Positions 8,664 to 16,909 of a stretch of DNA of 34,490 bases are shown here, one piece after another; position 1 is the first letter of the stretch; every line of letters begins with the position of its first letter. A program made the translations under genes and the position numbers. This DNA is from a virus (taxonomy: Duplodnaviria > Caudoviricetes): IMG/VR virus record IMGVR_UViG_3300037780_000088, positions 1 to 34,490 of that record; one strand, written 5' to 3'. The notes below the pieces were generated by a model that did no database searches, was not told where the DNA came from, and saw only the letters and a list, made by a program, of their open reading frames with translations.

Positions 8664-8751
8664 TGTCAAGGCCAACGGCGCGTTTTCCACAGAGGCCAAC
8701 CGAACGCCGGAAGGTGGCCGGTTGACACCGAGCCCGGCGCAAACATAGCTT
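8664..8751. promoter_or_regulatory. Divergent TTGACA promoters with a DnaA-box-like site between them
   Basis: Leftward TTGACA at 8669-8664; rightward TTGACA 8722-8727 with TAGCTT 18 bp later; TTTTCCACA at 8683-8691 fits TTWTNCACA. Confidence 0.45.
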
Positions 8752-8838
8752 GCCCGGCTTTTCTGATTTCACGTTTTCATCCGGACGAACCGGCATGATC
8801 TTTACGGTGATACCCAGCATCTAAGGGCGCGGATCCAG

Positions 8839-8922
8839 GTCCGGGGGCGGTGTGGCGTATGTCCAGGGCTTCGGCCTAAAGGCCCATCGGCTCCGCTTCT
8901 GTGGGGTTTTCTCCCCCCGGGC
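8839..8922 (+). ncRNA. C4-like (c4-2 type) antisense RNA candidate
   Basis: Outer stem 8839-8847/8914-8922, inner stem 8848-8856/8882-8889, cUUCGg hairpin 8865-8877. 8896-8911 is complementary to 9050-9065 (16 nt, one G:U) and 8890-8895 to 9042-9047. Confidence 0.65.
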
Positions 8923-9002
8923 TGCTTTCCGAAATCCACCAGGCGTAGCGTGGCGCCGGCGGGCGTTGAGGCCGCCGCGCGATTGGGGTTTTTTCAGGCG
9001 GC

Positions 9003-9065
9003 TTGACAACCGGCGCGGGCGCTGTTCAAGATTGCGGCCAACGGAGCGGGAAAACTCCACAGAAG
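9003..9065 (+). promoter_or_regulatory. Rightward promoter followed by the antisense-RNA target site
   Basis: CTTGACA at 9002-9008, CAAGAT 18 bp later, then CGGAGC-GG-GAAAACTCCACAGAAG (9042-9065). Confidence 0.6.
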
Positions 9066-9260
9066 ATGCAGCGCCCCAAATGTCAGCGGGGCCAACGATC
9101 AAGAAGAAACGACGCCTGGGCACCCTCGCTGATCTACGGGACGTTCATTCGGAACGAACCCCACCCTTTCCACCTGTGGTTTTCTCGCAGTCCGCACCCC
9201 CGAAAAGCCGATCAATCGGGGGGTGGTCTATCAACCCATTGTCTCGGGGGGTACGAGGAA

Positions 9261-10028
9261 ATGACGACACGTGGAAACCCGGTCTTTGTCCAGTACTGTT
9301 CCAAGGATCGAATTGTGGAGACGGGGCCGCTTACGCCGGCGGCGGAACTGGCCTATCGGCGGATCTGCGATCATGTCTTGGCGACGAACGACCACCTAAA
9401 ATTCACCCGGCGGACCATCCGCCAATTGGCCAAGGCGGACCGGTCTTTTGATCGGATCTGGCAGGAGTTAAGCACGGCCCGTGATGACCAGGGCCGCCCG
9501 CTGGTGAGCCTGCGCCATGACGCGATCGACGACGCGGAATATGTCGTGGTGCCCTGGGCGTCGGAAACCCTGGCCAAGACGGAGAACCTACGTAGTCAGC
9601 GATCCGACGCCGGCAAGGCATCGGCGGAGGCCCAGCGGCGCCGGGCGGAAGAACCGGACATGACGGTGACCGATCCGACGTTTGAAAGTTTCTGGAAAGA
9701 ATGGCCGGGCCGGAAGCACAAGGACGCGGCCAGGGAACAATGGGCCGGGATGATGGCCGAGGCCCCGGGCGGTGACACCGGGGCCGCTGAACTTGCCGTC
9801 ACCATCATCCAGGGGTTGCGCCGCTACATTTCGACCGCGCCAAGCGTGAAAGTCGGGCGCATGTGGGACCGGCCAGACTGGTGGCTGGAAAACAAGATCT
9901 ACACGAAATCATCCGATGACCATGAACAACGCTGGGCCGCCAAGACCGAAGAGGGTTTGCGGCCCAAGTATTGGCATGAGCGGATGAAGGCAAAGAACGG
10001 TGGCGCCGATTCCGCCACCGCCGGATAG
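9261..10028 (+). CDS. Phage replication-initiator-like protein (YdaU/DUF1376-like N-terminus), ~255 aa
   Basis: GAGG SD before ATG 9261. N-terminal 'LTPAAELAYRRICDH', 'RSDAGKASAEAQRRR' linker and C-terminal 'FESFWKEWPGRKHKDAAREQW' are typical of phage replisome organisers. An upstream in-frame ATG at 9066 is possible. Confidence 0.65.
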   Translation: MTTRGNPVFVQYCSKDRIVETGPLTPAAELAYRRICDHVLATNDHLKFTRRTIRQLAKADRSFDRIWQELSTARDDQGRPLVSLRHDAIDDAEYVVVPWASETLAKTENLRSQRSDAGKASAEAQRRRAEEPDMTVTDPTFESFWKEWPGRKHKDAAREQWAGMMAEAPGGDTGAAELAVTIIQGLRRYISTAPSVKVGRMWDRPDWWLENKIYTKSSDDHEQRWAAKTEEGLRPKYWHERMKAKNGGADSATAG

Positions 10029-10042
10029 GGCGGTACTCGATC

Positions 10043-10375
10043 ATGTATGACGGACCAATAGCCGAAGCGTTCGCAAGGGTGGTGGAACTGGCCCTGGCCG
10101 CGGGTGCGGAAAATCTGAAAGAGAAGCCGGGGTGCTGGGAACATCAGGTGGACGCCCGATGGTGGGTGGCGCTGAACCCGCATGCCGATCCGGTGGACTG
10201 TTCGACCGGCGCCAACGTGCCGCCGTTCTGCGTCTACGTCACCTACAACGAATTGCCGGCGGCGACGTTCTGGGTTCACGACGGCGCTTTTATCGTCGGA
10301 TCCGAAGTGAACGAAGGGACGTTTATTGCGGCGGTGGTCGCCGCCATTGAAGCCTTGGAAGGGGAGAAACCATGA
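10043..10375 (+). CDS. Hypothetical protein (110 aa)
   Basis: In a coupled operon; its stop overlaps the next ATG. Confidence 0.7.
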   Translation: MYDGPIAEAFARVVELALAAGAENLKEKPGCWEHQVDARWWVALNPHADPVDCSTGANVPPFCVYVTYNELPAATFWVHDGAFIVGSEVNEGTFIAAVVAAIEALEGEKP

Positions 10376-10605
10376 AAGCACGATGGGGAAGTTATCGCGA
10401 ACGGGCCATAGATCTGGCGCTAACCCACCGCCTTGGCGACCATGACGGAATGTTGGTCCGCCTCTGGCCGCGCCGGGTGCCCATGGGCACGGTCCATGAC
10501 CAGAAAACCAAGCGCATGCGATCCGGTCTGGTGCCGATCGGCGCCGGGATCCGGTCCAAGCGGATCTTGCCCAACATGTTCTTTTCGGGGAGGCGGACGC
10601 GATGA
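10372..10605 (+). CDS. Hypothetical basic protein (77 aa)
   Basis: GGAG SD; ATGA overlaps at both ends. Confidence 0.6.
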   Translation: MKARWGSYRERAIDLALTHRLGDHDGMLVRLWPRRVPMGTVHDQKTKRMRSGLVPIGAGIRSKRILPNMFFSGRRTR

Positions 10606-10835
10606 TACACCCGGCAGGGTTTTATTGGGCCTGGGACGAAGACGGGAACGCGCAGCCGGTGGAATGTCTGGGCAACGGCAATGTCCTTACCTTCGGCGTC
10701 GGTGGTCCGGTCCCTGAAAACTCGTTCGTTCATATCGACAAAAACCCGATCCCGCCGCCGGCCGATCCCGCCAGAAACGGCGGTGGTCGGGCCGGTGGCA
10801 GCTTGACGAACACCGGATTGACGGGGGGTGGGTGA
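10602..10835 (+). CDS. Hypothetical protein (77 aa)
   Basis: GGAGG SD and coupled start; 'GFYWAW' N-terminus; tail encoded by the dispersed palindromic element. Confidence 0.6.
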   Translation: MIHPAGFYWAWDEDGNAQPVECLGNGNVLTFGVGGPVPENSFVHIDKNPIPPPADPARNGGGRAGGSLTNTGLTGGG

Positions 10836-10838
10836 TCC

Positions 10839-11153
10839 ATGGTTGAAGGACAGGAAAAATGCCTCCGGGCTCTGGCTGAACTGACCCTGCCCGGCGGGGA
10901 GTGGTGTTCCGCGTTTAGGTCGATCATAGAGGCCACGGGGATGGACCGCCGCACGGTGCGGATCAACGTCCGGGCTTTGGCCCGGAAGGGTTTGGCCGAA
11001 TATCACAAGGCCCTTTGGACCGATGACGGTACGCCCGCCGGCGCTGGATACTGCATTACCCAGGAAGGGCAGGCGGTTGCCGCCAAGCTGGTGGAGTCCG
11101 ATCCCGCCGGATCCGGCGGTGCTGCAGGGGCCGGCGAAAGGACTGTGAGATGA
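10839..11153 (+). CDS. Putative winged-helix DNA-binding protein (104 aa)
   Basis: 'FRSIIEATGMDRRTVRINVRALARKGLAE...GYCITQEG' is an HTH + wing pattern. Confidence 0.6.
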   Translation: MVEGQEKCLRALAELTLPGGEWCSAFRSIIEATGMDRRTVRINVRALARKGLAEYHKALWTDDGTPAGAGYCITQEGQAVAAKLVESDPAGSGGAAGAGERTVR

Positions 11154-11647
11154 AAGCGATTTCCATATGGCAACCATGGGCAACGGCGGTGGCGGTCGGA
11201 TCCAAGCTGGTGGAAACCCGGTCCTGGTCCACAAATTACCGGGGGCCCCTGGCAATCCATGCCGGCAAGCGCCTTCATAGGGGGGAACTTCTGGGCCTGC
11301 AATGCTGCTGGAACTGGTGCGCCGCGCTGGCCCCGATCGGCAAGAAGATGGGGGACAAGCAAGATCTAGAAACCCTATTGCCGTTCGGCGCGGTGGTTGC
11401 GGTCTGTGATCTGATCGACGTGAAGCCCACGGATCAATTCACTTTGGCCGAAGTCCGCACCCCACGTTATCCGGGCGGATCCGGGCGGCCCGGCACATGG
11501 GATACCTGGACCGAAGAGCAGTTGGGGGATTTCTCGCTGGGCCGGTTCGGCTGGATCCTGGGCAACGTGCGTCCGTTGGAAAAGCCGGTTCCGGTGCTTG
11601 GGCGGCAAGGGCTGTTCAATATCCCTGATAATCAGGTGGCCCCATGA
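11150..11647 (+). CDS. ASCH domain protein (165 aa)
   Basis: 'KAISIWQPWATAVAVGSKLVETRSWSTNYRGPLAIHAGK...PVPVLGRQGLFNI' is the canonical ASCH signature. Confidence 0.9.
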   Translation: MKAISIWQPWATAVAVGSKLVETRSWSTNYRGPLAIHAGKRLHRGELLGLQCCWNWCAALAPIGKKMGDKQDLETLLPFGAVVAVCDLIDVKPTDQFTLAEVRTPRYPGGSGRPGTWDTWTEEQLGDFSLGRFGWILGNVRPLEKPVPVLGRQGLFNIPDNQVAP

Positions 11648-12063
11648 AGTTGACAGATAAACAGGCGAACTACTTGAAAAAGCATTGGTTGGATTTTGGT
11701 CCAGTGCGTGGGGTGGCGGGTAAGCACAAGGGCGTCACGCTCTCGGCGTATGTAAAGAATTGCTGGGCCAGCGGTCGGGCCAGCCCGGATATGCTGGGGC
11801 ACGTTCGATCCACCGCCGTGCAATTGGTGAGTAAAGGTCTTTTGAAGCCTGTCCACGAACGCCTTAAAGAGCGCGTTCGGCTTTACGAATTGACGGACGG
11901 TGGCCAGAGATATTGCGAAGTGACGTGGCCAGATGATTGGTGGGCTTTGATGCGGGTTTATAACGAAACGCACCCAGGCACCTACGATCTGGATATACCT
12001 ACATCCACGCAATGCAAGATCCTTTCTGCCAGGGACGCGGACAGGATCCACCCCGGATCCTAA
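11644..12063 (+). CDS. Hypothetical protein, possibly winged-helix (139 aa)
   Basis: 'MKLTDKQ...QLVSKGLL...LYELTDGG'; ATGA coupling; lower GC than neighbours. Confidence 0.6.
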   Translation: MKLTDKQANYLKKHWLDFGPVRGVAGKHKGVTLSAYVKNCWASGRASPDMLGHVRSTAVQLVSKGLLKPVHERLKERVRLYELTDGGQRYCEVTWPDDWWALMRVYNETHPGTYDLDIPTSTQCKILSARDADRIHPGS

Positions 12064-12071
12064 AAGGATCC
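12044..12071. repeat. Phased GGATCC array
   Basis: GGATCC at 12044, 12055, 12066. Confidence 0.85.
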
Positions 12072-12080
12072 TTGCTGGAA

Positions 12081-12100
12081 TTCATACCGGGTGGTATGAA
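12081..12100. promoter_or_regulatory. Operator-like palindrome TTCATACC-GGGT-GGTATGAA
   Basis: Perfect 8-bp arms; lies within a possible TTGCTG-N17-TATGAA promoter. Confidence 0.55.
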
Positions 12101-12128
12101 ATCGAGATTGCCGAATGGAGGCGAAGCC

Positions 12129-12275
12129 ATGGACCATCCGATGAATGCCGAGGAATACCGGGTCTACCGTTCGACGAAGGCGCGGTGGTGCGCCGTCTCG
12201 TTCTGTGTCGGCGCGATTGCGGCCTTTCTTCTGGTGATCCTGATTGCCGGTGGAGGGTATCCCAATGGTCTGTAA
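12129..12275 (+). CDS. Small membrane protein (48 aa)
   Basis: GGAGG SD before ATG 12129; C-terminal hydrophobic helix. Confidence 0.55.
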   Translation: MDHPMNAEEYRVYRSTKARWCAVSFCVGAIAAFLLVILIAGGGYPNGL

Positions 12276-12660
12276 ATCCGCGATCAACCAGTGTTCCCTG
12301 TCCTGGGATCCGTCCGGCGGGTTCGTCCCGTCCATTCGGGTGTTCCTGGAAACCATTGATCTGGCCATTCCGCGCCGCCAGGACCAGCCGCCCGCCGTCC
12401 ACCAGGTGCGCGACATGATGGGCGATAGCGCCTTTTCGCCGGAAATCCCCACCGCGTCCCTGGAATTCCAGTTGCGCCGGGCCTATGCCGCATTGGACGG
12501 CGCGGCCCTGGCGTTGGGCTATTCGCGGGGCCTGTTCGAAATGGTCAAGAAGTTCCCCGGCCTGGGTGGCCCGGCAAAATTCCTGGACATGGCGCCGGGC
12601 TGTGCGGTAATGCCGAAGGGTCATGCCCCTTCGCCCGTTCCGCTGGATCCGCCGGGTTAA
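12265..12660 (+). CDS. Hypothetical protein (131 aa)
   Basis: GGAGG SD before ATG 12265. Confidence 0.6.
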   Translation: MVCKSAINQCSLSWDPSGGFVPSIRVFLETIDLAIPRRQDQPPAVHQVRDMMGDSAFSPEIPTASLEFQLRRAYAALDGAALALGYSRGLFEMVKKFPGLGGPAKFLDMAPGCAVMPKGHAPSPVPLDPPG

Positions 12661-12754
12661 TTGGGAAACCCGTTACGTCTGGATCATTTTCGCCGCCGCC
12701 TGCGTCGTCGTGGGCTGGTGGGCTTGGGGGTTTCTAAAACATGCATTTGGATAA
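12623..12754 (+). CDS. Possible small membrane peptide (43 aa; not in the ORF track)
   Basis: MPLRPFRWIRRVNWETRYVWIIFAAACVVVGWWAWGFLKHAFG*: basic N-terminus plus one TM helix; fills the gap between neighbours. SD spacing is poor. Confidence 0.4.
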   Translation: MPLRPFRWIRRVNWETRYVWIIFAAACVVVGWWAWGFLKHAFG

Positions 12755-13025
12755 TTTCGAATTGATTACCTGCCCGTCGTGCGGGCGGGCGAACGAGCCG
12801 GAAGAACTGGCGCCGGCGGGTTTCACCATGAGCCCGTCCGGAACTTGTCATATTTCGATGACGTGGCAGGCGATGTGCTGGAACTGCGAAGCGCCGTTGA
12901 AGGTTTCGGCCACGTTGGACCTTAAGGACGGCCAGGGCTCTTGCTGCATTACCAGCGTGCGCCCCATGCCGACGCCTGCCGATATCAGCTATTGCCGGGA
13001 ATTCGGGATCTTATCGCCGGATTAG
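12741..13025 (+). CDS. Small zinc-ribbon-like protein (94 aa)
   Basis: 'CPSCG' and 'CWNC' pairs. Confidence 0.55.
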   Translation: MHLDNFELITCPSCGRANEPEELAPAGFTMSPSGTCHISMTWQAMCWNCEAPLKVSATLDLKDGQGSCCITSVRPMPTPADISYCREFGILSPD

Positions 13026-13158
13026 GCGGTGACGGATTCGAGCCCCGCCGGATCCGGCGGTGATCGATGACAGTCCTTTTACACCCGTGATTTAGAGCCG
13101 CGATTTGCGCCAGGGCGCGATTAGATGCACACTTGGCCCAATTTCATACCAACCGGTC

Positions 13159-13174
13159 TGTTTCACGTGAAACA
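13159..13174. promoter_or_regulatory. parS: Chromosomal-type parS site
   Basis: Exact TGTTTCACGTGAAACA, the consensus bound by bacterial ParB/Spo0J. Confidence 0.8.
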
Positions 13175-13188
13175 ATGGGGCCCGCGCG

Positions 13189-14220
13189 ATGGCTGAAACG
13201 ACGCATGTAACCGTTAACAACGATCCGCCCGTGGTCAAATACGTGGGCAACGGCGCAACGGATGCCTTTGATTTCGACTTCACGGCGTTCAGCATTTCGG
13301 AGGTCCAGGTTTATCTGGATGACGATTTGCAGGAAGACGGCTTTACCGTCGTCGGCAATGCCGGGTTCTTCGGCGGCTTCGAAGGCGGGACGGTGACCTT
13401 TGACACACCGCCCGGCAACGGGGTTCGGGTGACAATCACCTATTACGTTCAGTTGATCCGGGTTTCCGATTTCTCCCCCGGGTTCCTGGACGAAAACGTG
13501 TTGAACACGGAATTGGACCGCCTGGTGGCCGGGCAACGGCAACTTGAGAATGCCCAGGTTCGCGCACTCACCTTTCCGGTGACGGATCCCGCCGGCCTGA
13601 CGATCGCCATTCCGCCGGCGGCGACACGGGCAAACAAGGTGCTGGGCTTCGGCGCGGACGGATCCCTGGCCATGTCCAACCTGACCCTGGCCGAAATCGA
13701 AGACGGAGCCACCGGCCCACAAGGCGAGGAAGGCCCGCAAGGCCCCGCCGGCAATGACGGGTTATTCTCTGGCGGCGAAGCCACGGTGACGGTATCCGGA
13801 TCGGATAAGGTGCCCGTTCTCGATGCCGACGACGGAGACGCGCCCAAATTAGTTTCCGCCCAAGGGATCGCGGACCTGGCGCCCGCCGGCGCGGCGAAGG
13901 AAGCATTCGTGGCGGGCGGCTCGGGAACGTCGCTGGTGTTGGATGGCGACGGCAAAAGCGCCGTCGCCTACGAAATGACCGGCAACACCACGATTTCGTC
14001 AACGAACATCACCGCCGGCAGCGTCTACACCTTCGTTATCCAGATGGCGCAGGACGGCACCGGCGGCCATACCGTCACAATGCCGGCTGGCACGGTCTAT
14101 CCCTACGGGGAAATTCCGGAGTTCCCCACGGATCCGGATGAAGTGTTCTATTTCTCGCTTTCAACTTGGGACGGCGGGACAAGCTGGCTCGTCTCCATGA
14201 TCGGTGCGGAGTACGCCTAA
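13189..14220 (+). CDS. Tail fibre protein (T7 gp17-like N-terminal anchor), 343 aa
   Basis: 'VKYVGNGATDAFDFDF...EVQVYLD...GTVTF..PP..G.RVTI' anchor; short collagen-like GPQGEEGPQGPAG; C-terminal 'QDGTGGHTVT...TWDGGTSW'. Confidence 0.82.
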   Translation: MAETTHVTVNNDPPVVKYVGNGATDAFDFDFTAFSISEVQVYLDDDLQEDGFTVVGNAGFFGGFEGGTVTFDTPPGNGVRVTITYYVQLIRVSDFSPGFLDENVLNTELDRLVAGQRQLENAQVRALTFPVTDPAGLTIAIPPAATRANKVLGFGADGSLAMSNLTLAEIEDGATGPQGEEGPQGPAGNDGLFSGGEATVTVSGSDKVPVLDADDGDAPKLVSAQGIADLAPAGAAKEAFVAGGSGTSLVLDGDGKSAVAYEMTGNTTISSTNITAGSVYTFVIQMAQDGTGGHTVTMPAGTVYPYGEIPEFPTDPDEVFYFSLSTWDGGTSWLVSMIGAEYA

Positions 14221-15242
14221 TGGGCGCCGTCGCACGTGCACTTCACCGCGCGGGCCGGCCTGTCCGGATCAAGCCGGCGGGGGCGCACGTGGAGTTGATC
14301 GCGCCTGGAAACGATATCCGCCCGTCTCTGCCTCGGGCGGTCGATGTTCGAAAGTCCATGGGTGACGGCTTCGAAATTCATCTTTGGGGATCCGGCGGCC
14401 AATACGGTGGCGCGTCCCCAGCGTACCGCGCCGGATACGGAGCGGCCCTGGTTGGTCAATTGAAGGTGGGCCGGTTCACCCTTTCCGTGGGGAATAACGA
14501 CAGCACTACGGATGGGATACATACCGATTTCGGCGAGGGTCGAGGCGGTGCCAGTACGTCGGATCGGCATGGCGGCGGCGGAACAGGGCTCCGGTTAGCG
14601 GACGGATCCCTTTATGCGGTGGCCGGTGGTGGGGGTGGTGGGTACACGGAGAACACGGGCGCTGGCCGATATTCGTACAACGGTGGCGATGCCGGCGGCC
14701 TGGGCAACGATGGTGGCCAAGGTGGGCAAGGCGGGCGAACGTATACTGGTGATAGTACAGGCGCGGCGGCGAACGGGTCCGGATCGGCGGCAGGGGCGGG
14801 GCATGCCGCCACGTCAGTAGTAGCGCAGGCATGCGCCGGATCTGGCGGCGGCGGCGGCGGTGACGGATCCGGCGGTGGCGGTGGTGCGGGTAGCGTCGGC
14901 GGGGATGGTGCGGGGTCCGGCGGGGCGGCAGGCACGGGCGGCGGCGATGGGGGCAATGGAACGGGCGGTGCCGGTGGCGCGAATTGTGTTGGCTACGGTG
15001 GCTTCGGGAAAAATCATAGCACCCGGCCAGGTGCGGGCGGCGGCGATGTAAATATTGCCGGCGGCGGCGGCGGCGGTTACGGCGGCGGCGGCGGTGGCGG
15101 ATATGCTTATGGGGCCGGCGGGGCCGGTAGTTGTTTGACGCCGGCGGGCTGGACCCGTTCCCGAGCGGATGGGGATGCGGACGGCGACCGCGGAACCAAA
15201 GGCAATCCGGAGAACAATGGTGGCGCCAAGATTATTTATTAG
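14220..15242 (+). CDS. Glycine-rich putative receptor-binding/adhesin protein (340 aa)
   Basis: TAATG coupling to the tail fibre; 'IHLWGSGGQYG', 'AVAGGGGGG' and many poly-Gly tracts (polyglycine-II-type domain). Confidence 0.7.
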   Translation: MGAVARALHRAGRPVRIKPAGAHVELIAPGNDIRPSLPRAVDVRKSMGDGFEIHLWGSGGQYGGASPAYRAGYGAALVGQLKVGRFTLSVGNNDSTTDGIHTDFGEGRGGASTSDRHGGGGTGLRLADGSLYAVAGGGGGGYTENTGAGRYSYNGGDAGGLGNDGGQGGQGGRTYTGDSTGAAANGSGSAAGAGHAATSVVAQACAGSGGGGGGDGSGGGGGAGSVGGDGAGSGGAAGTGGGDGGNGTGGAGGANCVGYGGFGKNHSTRPGAGGGDVNIAGGGGGGYGGGGGGGYAYGAGGAGSCLTPAGWTRSRADGDADGDRGTKGNPENNGGAKIIY

Positions 15243-15253
15243 GAGCGGTGGAT

Positions 15254-15883
15254 ATGGAAAAATTTATTGATGTTTCGGCGGGCGGTGTAGTGGTCAGCGA
15301 GGCGGAATTACAATCCCGTTTACCGCTGGTCGTTCCGGCTAAGTCCATTTCGGATACTGACCTGGTGAACTTGGGTTTCGCGCGGTTGACCATCCATGAT
15401 CCGGAGCCGTGCGATCCGGATACGCAGGTGCGGCTGGTTCCTGTGATTGAGAAAGATTTAGATGGCACGTGGCACCAGCGAACAAAGACGCGGGATAAGA
15501 CGGCCCAGGAATTGGCCGCCGAAGAGGCCGCGGCGCTGGCGGCGGTGCTTTCGGCCATCCGGGACGAAGCGGAACGCCGTCTGCGGGCCGGGGTGTTGGT
15601 CGATGGTTCGCCTTTCATGGCGGATGACGGTTCGACGCTGCGGCTTGAACAGGCCATTACCGGCCTGACTTCTGGCATTCGATCGAGCGTGAAATTTACC
15701 ACCGCCGCCGGCGCGGTGATCGAGGTTTCCGACGCGGCGGTGTTGCAATCGCTGCTTGTCGTGGTTCTCGGTTACCGGGCGGACGTTTTGGCGGCCTCCA
15801 CCGAATTGCAAGCCGACCCGCCGGCGGATCCGGCGCTTGACGATCATTGGCCGGCGCGTCCGAGTGTCAGCCTTTCAGCGTAA
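15254..15883 (+). CDS. Tail fibre assembly/chaperone-like protein (DUF4376-like), 209 aa
   Basis: AGGAG SD; 'IRDEAERRLRAGVLVDGSPFMADDGS...DPALDDHWP'; follows the fibre genes. Confidence 0.6.
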   Translation: MEKFIDVSAGGVVVSEAELQSRLPLVVPAKSISDTDLVNLGFARLTIHDPEPCDPDTQVRLVPVIEKDLDGTWHQRTKTRDKTAQELAAEEAAALAAVLSAIRDEAERRLRAGVLVDGSPFMADDGSTLRLEQAITGLTSGIRSSVKFTTAAGAVIEVSDAAVLQSLLVVVLGYRADVLAASTELQADPPADPALDDHWPARPSVSLSA

Positions 15884-15895
15884 GGAGAAGGCCAG

Positions 15896-16909
15896 ATGGC
15901 TTTGAGCGAAGAAGACCGCGGGGTTATCCACGCCGCGTTGGGAAATCTGACAATCGGGGAGAAAAACTCCGGCGATTGCTGGATTGAAGACCAGAAGACG
16001 GGCCGGCTTCGGCCCAACGCCCGTTTCGTCAACAATCTTATCCCCGGCCAGAAATTCAAGGTGGCCGAAATCGTGGAGGTCTGGCGGGCCGGTGTCGAAG
16101 CCGGGACGCTGGTCGATCCGAACGCCGGCGGATCCGGCAAGCGCCCGCCGGCGGCCCCGCCCGAAACGGCGGTGCAAGATCCGGAGAAGATGGCGGAAAC
16201 CGTGCAGGATCCCACCGCCGAAACCGGCGGTGAAGCGGGTCCGGATGAAGGATCGCAGGACGGCGGCCAGGAATCCGACACCGGCGAAACCGGCGGTGAA
16301 CCGGAGGCACCGGACGCGGCGGGAGAGGGTGAGAAATCCCCGCAATCCACAGAGCCGGAAGAACGGTCTTCCACAGACGACGCGGGAGAGCCGGAACAGT
16401 CCACAGGCGATAAACCTGGCGATGACCCGGGACAGGCGCCAGGCGCACCGGAGGCGGCCCCACAGGCCGCAAAGAAACGCCCGCGGATGGAATTCGGTAA
16501 GGGCCGGTTCGTCGAAGAGGCGGATTTTATCGCCGTGGCCGAATTCGTGGCCGAACGGACGGTGAAGGAAGCCGATCGCCAGGGCGTGAAATGGGGCGAT
16601 CTGCCGCAACTGGCGGAACTGGTGGCCGCGTTGATGACGGTTCCGGATATCGAAGCGGCGGCGCTGTGGGGCGACTTCCACCCGAACGGCAAGTGGGACG
16701 AAATCCGCGAAGCGGAACGCGAGGTCTGGCGGGTCATGGTCCAGGCGTTCCAGGCCCGGCGGGGGTCGTTCAGCTACCACCAGACGGCGGAAGACGAGGC
16801 CCCGCGGATCCCGCGCCGCCCGAGCGGCAAGCCCGGGTTTATGACCCTGGGCCTTCGGAAACTGACGGTGGGCAAGGACGGTGACCGGATCGAAACCACG
16901 GACGCCTAA
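15896..16909 (+). CDS. Hypothetical protein with long acidic disordered linker (337 aa)
   Basis: AAGGAG SD; two globular-looking ends joined by an E/D/P/G-rich region. Confidence 0.75.
   Translation: MALSEEDRGVIHAALGNLTIGEKNSGDCWIEDQKTGRLRPNARFVNNLIPGQKFKVAEIVEVWRAGVEAGTLVDPNAGGSGKRPPAAPPETAVQDPEKMAETVQDPTAETGGEAGPDEGSQDGGQESDTGETGGEPEAPDAAGEGEKSPQSTEPEERSSTDDAGEPEQSTGDKPGDDPGQAPGAPEAAPQAAKKRPRMEFGKGRFVEEADFIAVAEFVAERTVKEADRQGVKWGDLPQLAELVAALMTVPDIEAAALWGDFHPNGKWDEIREAEREVWRVMVQAFQARRGSFSYHQTAEDEAPRIPRRPSGKPGFMTLGLRKLTVGKDGDRIETTDA

Noticed and set aside
14560-15130. GGC-rich tracts as a DNA repeat element
   Set aside because: Explained by poly-Gly coding; the same holds for the Ala/Gly tract at ~27030-27340.
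13189-15883. Diversity-generating retroelement as in BPP-1
   Set aside because: No reverse transcriptase motif and no TR/VR repeat pair seen.
16343-16405. Three xxxTCCACA DnaA-box-like words
   Set aside because: They mismatch the consensus and coincide with QST/SST peptide repeats in a disordered linker far from the origin.
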